Below are positions 39,568 through 64,000 of a stretch of DNA of 64,000 nucleotides, in pieces. Position 1 is the first letter of the stretch. Every line of letters begins with the position of its first letter. A program made the position numbers and the translations under genes. The DNA comes from Octopus sinensis (Eukaryota). The DNA is taken from contig NC_043025.1 in assembly GCF_006345805.1 (NCBI RefSeq), positions 2,790,001-2,854,000 of the forward strand, given 5' to 3'. The notes beneath the pieces were generated by a model, which was given only the letters and a program-made list of their open reading frames with translations, was not told the DNA's origin and made no database searches.

Positions 39568-41749
39568 TTCTCTCTTTATTTTTATATGGGTTTGTTTGTC
39601 CTTTGTATAACAAAACATTGATAAAACACTTAAACATTTTATTGAATGTATGAATTAGTATATTGTGGGTCACAAGTACAACACTGTTGATTATTGTGAC
39701 ATATAATGCATGCGATAAAATCGAATGTTTGGAACAAAACCAAATAAATTTGAATAAATGTGTTAGAACTTTGCTTACCCAGGATATTCAACTCTGAAAT
39801 TTCCCGTCACGGTTAAAAACTCATGCTCCATCTGCAAATGCCGGATGTGTATATATATATATGCATACATTAAATTCAAGAAACAAAGTTTGATTTAAAA
39901 GCGTTGAGATGTACTGAAAGATACAGATAAGGAAATAATTTTACCTCCAAACGCAGGATAATGCTAATAATATAGTATGAGCAGGATGAAATATCCATAT
40001 ATCTTGCGGCTCGCTGTTAGACTCAAACTCACATCCCTGTGATTACGTGTCAAGTACTTTACCATTAAGCTAAGCTGCCCGAATGACAAATTCTGCTGCA
40101 AATTTAGGATATATAAATCTAGCTTTAGAAGTAGCGTTACCACAGGGATGTGAGTTCAAGTCTCATGACTGGTCGCCGACAGATTTTCCTGCAAAATATG
40201 GATAGTTTTTATCCTGTTCATTCTATATTATTAACATTGTCCTGCGTTTGAGAATAAAATTATTTTCTCATCTGTAATATATATATATATAGTAAAATTT
40301 GAAGAGTAGAACATTAAAAATAAAAATAACAAAAGACAAGAGGACGTGTGCATGGAATATATTAGCTGGACGCTCGGTAAAGTGGGTGAAAAGAGAGCGT
40401 TTTAACGTTCCGAGCATAGCTCTTTGTCAGAAAGGAAAACAGAAAAGTTGAGAGAAGGAGAATATTACCATATGTACGTGTGTGTGTATGTGCATGTTCG
40501 TGCGCATGTGTGTGTAAAGACAGGATTAGTGAATAATTTGAGTGGGATTTCATTTACTGTCAGAATCGGAAATTATATCATGGAAGATATAAATGATGTC
40601 GTTCATTGTGTGAACTTCTTTTAAAGACAAAATAGAGAATAGAATAGTCTTTTTATTGACCAGCAAGAATTCGGTGAGTTAAAAAAGATTTTTTATGTAA
40701 TAGTTTACATATCAGTAATTCGAGTTGATTGTCTGAATTTCATGAAACCCAAATACAATTAATTCGCATTCTTTTACTACGGTCTACTGCATATTCATGT
40801 CTCGGTATATTTATAAGTCTGTATAAAAGTCTATATATACTTACATGCATACAAATTATGAACATATGGATTGCATTAGATTGCCGATGTTCAGTCCACA
40901 GCAGAATGAAGGTCTCAGCATACTCTCTATACCAACCCTGTCAGATGTGGAGGCCGTATTTTGACCTCGAGAGTATACTGGTTTGATGAGCCTAAGAAAC
41001 CAAACTAGCTCAACGAAGCTTGGCAGTGGAGTCAATACTCATACAGAGGCGTAGTAAAAACGATTAAAGGATGAAAGGCAAAGTCGACTGCAGTAGAATT
41101 TGAACTCAAAATATAAAGAGGGGCGAATTACCGGTTATCATTTGCTCTACGTACAAAATACTTTTCCAGCTCGCCGCAGAATATGTAGGGAATCAAATAA
41201 TAAATAAATACGCATATAATATTTATCTGTATATTTAATTTGAACAGGTGTTAACATGTGTATGTATTTATGTGTTTAAGCTGATCAGGATACACTTTAA
41301 AATGCCTGTTATCATTTGACAAAATCAATATCACTATCTACTAAACGTATTGAGCTCACAATATATTTGACGTTTTGCATTTCTTCTATAAAATATGCAT
41401 GTGTGTGTGTATGTGTCCGTGAATGTGTGTATGCATCTGTGTGTGTAGTCAGTGCTTGTGTGTGTTTGAAAGAGTGTCTGTGTGCAAGCGTGTGTTTATG
41501 TGTGAGTGTGCGGAGAAAGAGACAGAGTGCAGATGTCTACTCACGACTTTTGATATGTTCTCAGCAGGGATTTTATATTCGTCCAACGTTTTTAAAATCA
41601 AACGAAATGCGAAGGATTTGGTCCAGCCTAGGGATTGATATAGAAAATAATCGCTGCGTTTATAAATGAGACACGCGTCATAGATGCACGTAAAACCCAC
41701 ATACGTAGATAAAAATACAGTTCATAATCACATATACACTTAAAAATAC

Positions 41750-41750
<1 letters not shown>
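39560..41750 (-). repeat. Direct paralogous block matching about 60630-63520 (5' regions of C and B)
   Basis: Shared blocks such as gtcacaagtacaaca, gagttgattgtctgaatttcatgaaa and exon 1; ORFs 40729..40986 vs 62115..62309 and 41449..41700 vs 63108..63542. Confidence 0.85.
41040..41180 (-). mobile_element. SINE family 1 (diverged), at a position similar to the copy at 62440-62575
   Basis: aaaggatgaaaggcaaagtcgac...gaatttgaactca. Confidence 0.7.
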
Positions 41751-41792
<42 letters not shown>

Positions 41793-41889
41793 GAATATAC
41801 AGACTCACATTAATACATCTGCATCTACATGTATAAATACATATATAAATGCATGTTTGTACACACACACAGTTCCATGTACTTATATA

Positions 41890-41920
<31 letters not shown>

Positions 41921-41946
41921 GTGTGTGTATATATAAATATATATAC

Positions 41947-42081
<135 letters not shown>

Positions 42082-42749
42082 AAATTGAATAAGGGTAGAA
42101 ATTGATATTAATCAATTAAAACCAGTGACCTAGCATATTAAAGAAATCCGAAGATTAAAATATTTTTACATACAAAATTTAAATTTAAATTTTGTATATA
42201 TATATATATATATATATGCAAATCAGCCCACATTTGCATACATATGTAACATATATATAAGCTTATATTCATATGTACATACATAAGTAAACATATATAT
42301 ATATATAAATACATATACAAATGCATTATAAACATTTATTTGCATCTATGTGCACGTACACGTATCCAATACAGGATTTCCTTATATGGACAGTACTTCT
42401 GTGAAACGATCGTAAGATGCTTTAAATACTTAATTCAAAACTTCTAAACTGTCATATACTTTATATTTATACGTATACATATATACATATATTTTTATAA
42501 ATATTTATATTTATTTATTTATATATTTTTGATAAAACAATTTTTTTTTACACGTGTATATCTTTCTGATGAGTTTTCTCATATTGAATTCTTAATATCA
42601 ATAATAATATATTATTTAAAAATATATATAATCGCTCGTATTAAATATATACATACTTTAATAGTATTGACACTTTGATACAATAGAGCACTCAATATAT
42701 ATTCAGTATATAATATTCTCATTGAATATATTTGACTAAAGATTCATAT

Positions 42750-43015
42750 ATACTCTTTACTCTTTTTACTCTAGTACTTGTTTCAGTCATTTGACTGTGG
42801 CCATGCTGGAGCACCGCCTTAAGTCGAGCAAATCGACCCCAGAACTTATTCTTTGTAAGCCTTGTATTTATTCTATCGGTCTCTTTTGCCGAACCGCTAA
42901 GTTACGGGGACATAAACACACCAGCATCGGTTGTCAAGCGATTTGGGGGAGGGGGGCAGAAACATACACAAACACACACACACACACACACACAGATATA
43001 TATATATATATATAT

Positions 43016-43063
<48 letters not shown>

Positions 43064-43220
43064 ACGACAGGCTTCTTTCGGTTTCCGTCTACCAAATCCA
43101 CTCACAAGGCTTTGGTCGGCCCGAGGCTATAGTAGAAGACAGCAAGGTACCACGCAGTGGGACTGAACCCGGGACCATGTGTTTCGTAAGCAAGCTACAT
43201 ACCACACAGCCACTCCTACG

Positions 43221-43222
<2 letters not shown>
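42750..43222 (-). mobile_element. SINE family 2, full length, with internal (CA)/(TA)n
   Basis: Head ggagtggctgtgtggt..ggttcagtccc and tail cagcatggccacagtcaaatgactgaaac. Confidence 0.85.
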
Positions 43223-43269
<47 letters not shown>

Positions 43270-43271
<2 letters not shown>

Positions 43272-43559
43272 ATCACGTGATCACGTGACCGACCAGTCCA
43301 TCAGATGTAGTTACACATCGCTGGTCACAATACGTTCGCATTGTTTTAGCCTTCGAATGACGCCACCCCGCTGGCTAAGCGAGCAGGCTAACAGAAGAAA
43401 GAGTGGTGAAAGAGTACAGCAGGGATCACCATCCCCTGGCGGAGCCTCGTGGAGCTTTTAGGTGTTTTCGCTCAATAAACACAACGCCCGGTCTGAGAAT
43501 CGAAACAGTGATCCTACGACCGCGAGTCCGCTGCTCTAACCAATGGGCCATTGCGACCC

Positions 43560-43562
<3 letters not shown>
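43270..43562 (-). mobile_element. SINE family 3 with tRNA-like head
   Basis: Minus strand gggtcgcaatggcccattggttagagcagcggactc...tttcgattctc; ends in cacgtgatcacgtga. Confidence 0.7.
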
Positions 43563-44008
<446 letters not shown>

Positions 44009-44229
44009 CCATGCCCACACTTGCATACATATGTATTAGAATACGATTGTTCCTTTCCAGCAACACAAAACCATCCAATGGTCATTTTTTTATTGGTTTT
44101 GAAACAAAAAGCCTACAGTTACAAAGAAAATGACAACTATAAAAGCACAGTAAAATAGAACGCGAAAGAAATATCTAAACCGGTTTTTATTAATTTGAAT
44201 ATCCTGTGTGCGAGGAATACATTGTATGC

Positions 44230-45170
44230 AAGGAAGAGGGATATTATTGTTTGGAAAGAGAATCGCTTTCAATTGAAATTTCAGGAAGAAAGATTTCTGG
44301 CCTTTTCTCTCTCGCGTCGCTTAATTTAGGCCTTTTGGACACAGTTTCTGCACTCTTCATACTTGCTGGCCTTTTCATTAGAAATATAGCAAGAGAAGTC
44401 TGCTTTTACCTGCCTTTCTATTCAAACTTTAGTAGTTTTTCTGTGTCACACTGTAAATACTCGGCTAAGCTTTTTTTTCCATCTGTACACATTCGTCTAC
44501 TGCTATTAAGCATCTCCCTGTCTGGTCCTTCCTTAATTACAGTCGGATGTTGAGCTCCACATATTTTCAGCAACATATTAGTTTTTGTCAAATTTCTTTA
44601 TTTTGATTAATATTATTTCTCTTTATCACATGTTTTCTAGGAGTTTCTTGAGGCTTGCATTGTCGGCGTTCCTGGACACTTGCTCATTCTAATGTCGACC
44701 CTCCAGTTTGTGGCCAAAGCTTACTCTTGCGCTGCCAATATAGTGTTCTCGGTCTCTTTCTTTAGAATTCCTTTCATCAGCCAATCCCACCTACTTTTTG
44801 TTATATGGAAATTCATTGTATACTCCCTTCTTGAGCCATTCTTCTTCATTTCTTTTTGTGTTTCTTCCTTCGGTTTTCCTGCTTTCAATACTCCCTCATT
44901 CCTAACTGTCACTAGTAAGGTTTCCTTACTTTGGGTTCGGTATCTCATTAAGCCTTCGAGTTCGAAACTCACGCAGTTTCCCACACTTATCAGTCTTCTT
45001 CCCTCTCTTCGCGTATCGGCGATCAATGTCTGCATATGGATGATGGGCTGCACACATCGTTAGGACCTTTCTTGACTTCCTGTCCATCTCCTTTAGCTTC
45101 TTCTCTGTCCACTTCAGTTTTCCAGGTTTCAAAACAATATTTTGCTCACCCGCCAAAAGTGCTCTCTTTT
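44230..45170 (-). mobile_element. Degenerate R4/Dong-like fragments (post-RT region), probably two pieces
   Basis: KWT..L.EMDRKSRKVLTM..HHP.AD, LKKETENTILAAQE and IAVDECVQMEKKSL.EYL motifs; same family as 16726-17696. Confidence 0.8.
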
Positions 45171-45371
45171 TCTCTTTTCCTTCATGTCGTGGTGTTTGAT
45201 TCCATCTGTGTGTGTGTGAGTGTGAGTGAGAGAGAGAGAGAGAGAGAGAGTGTGTGTGTTGGGGGAGAGAGCATTGTAAACGATGAATGAAATGAACAGG
45301 AAATGAAAAAATCGTGTAAATAAAAGGGCATAATAAACGGAATAATACAGGTTTCAAATATTGGTACGTGA

Positions 45372-45565
45372 CCAGCAGATTCGGTGTAGGGGGTTAAGTT
45401 GATTACATTGACCCAGAGTTCAAATTTTGCCTATTTTATCGACACAGAAATGATGAAAAGCAAAGTCAATCTCGGCGGAATTTGAACTCAGAACATAAAG
45501 ACGGACGAAATAATGCAAAGCATTTCTCCCGGTCTGCTAACGATTCTGCCAGCTTACCGCCTAAT
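45372..45565 (-). mobile_element. SINE family 1 just past the end of gene B homology
   Basis: Consensus core in reverse complement. Confidence 0.8.
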
Positions 45566-45675
45566 TTAAGGATTAATATTATTAAACAGACAGATAGTCA
45601 CTCACAAAAATTACTTCTTCTCATCCTGCTACTTCTACTGCTGTAAAAGTCATTTAAAAACGTTTGCTCGCTCAC

Positions 45676-63500
<17,825 letters not shown>

Positions 63501-63609
63501 ACACTCAAAAATACATACATATACACATACATACATATACATACATATATGTTTGTGGGGGGGTGTATAATTAACGAGAGAAACTGAAATTGGAGTTCCT
63601 CAAAAGTAT

Positions 63610-64000
63610 TTTTATCGGCTGATAAATTGGAGACGCGCCTACCGAATGTTGTTAACTAGTTGTTCAGTGGCTGCTGGTAGATGGTTGGAGCCATGTCGAT
63701 ATACGAAGCTTCCTCATTTGGTTTGTGGTAGGGTTTAAATTTGGTTGTACTAAGGTTCATGTTATAACTAGGATGTTGACTTCTTTAAGGTTGGTACTAA
63801 CTGTGGTTCTTAAAATTGGCGTAATGTTTTGCATAAGGTTTTCCTTATGCTATCCATAATGTGTCCGTTTTTATTGTCTACCACTTCCAGGCCATCGTCC
63901 CTATATAAACCTATGTTGGCTACTTTTATTTCTTTTCCAACGATATTTAGGTTATAGAGGCCTAAAAGCTCAGCCATTATAGCTCCATATTGCCATTTCA
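63610..64000 (-). mobile_element. Degenerate RT fragment of a second Hydra-like Penelope element, running off the window edge
   Basis: Minus strand NIGLYRDDGL..NGH.MD.IRK and KPYHKPNEE.SYI. Confidence 0.8.

Overview
AT-rich, microsatellite- and SINE-dense eukaryotic DNA. The repeat families look like octopus/cephalopod repeats (inference). The window holds a local cluster of adhesion-GPCR paralogues. Gene A (+, 2142-27578, 5' end outside the window) has 14 exons whose phases join into one open frame of about 725 codons: end of a SEA-like domain, HormR, GAIN/GPS, 7TM, and a C-terminal PDZ-type motif (ETNI*). It has non-canonical residues at three activation sites: GPS His to Tyr, Stachel Met+7 to Ala, and TM6 toggle Trp to Leu. 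Two truncated paralogues face it on the minus strand. Gene B (63500-45676) has an open SEA+HormR ectodomain but no GAIN or 7TM exons. Gene C (41725-36603) has SEA exons followed by the terminal PDZ exon, a frameshift in exon 1, and a Helitron remnant near the junction. A and B share a highly similar inverted tract around the HormR exons. Introns and intergenic DNA carry a Dong/R4 element inside (TAA)n at a splice acceptor, a young Tx1-like element inside (GATA)n, RTE LINEs, several Penelope-like elements with hammerhead-like motifs, a FLYWCH-MULE remnant, several MITE/foldback elements (one carrying TTAGGG repeats) and many tRNA-derived SINEs. All exon and repeat calls were made by hand; repeat boundaries are approximate.
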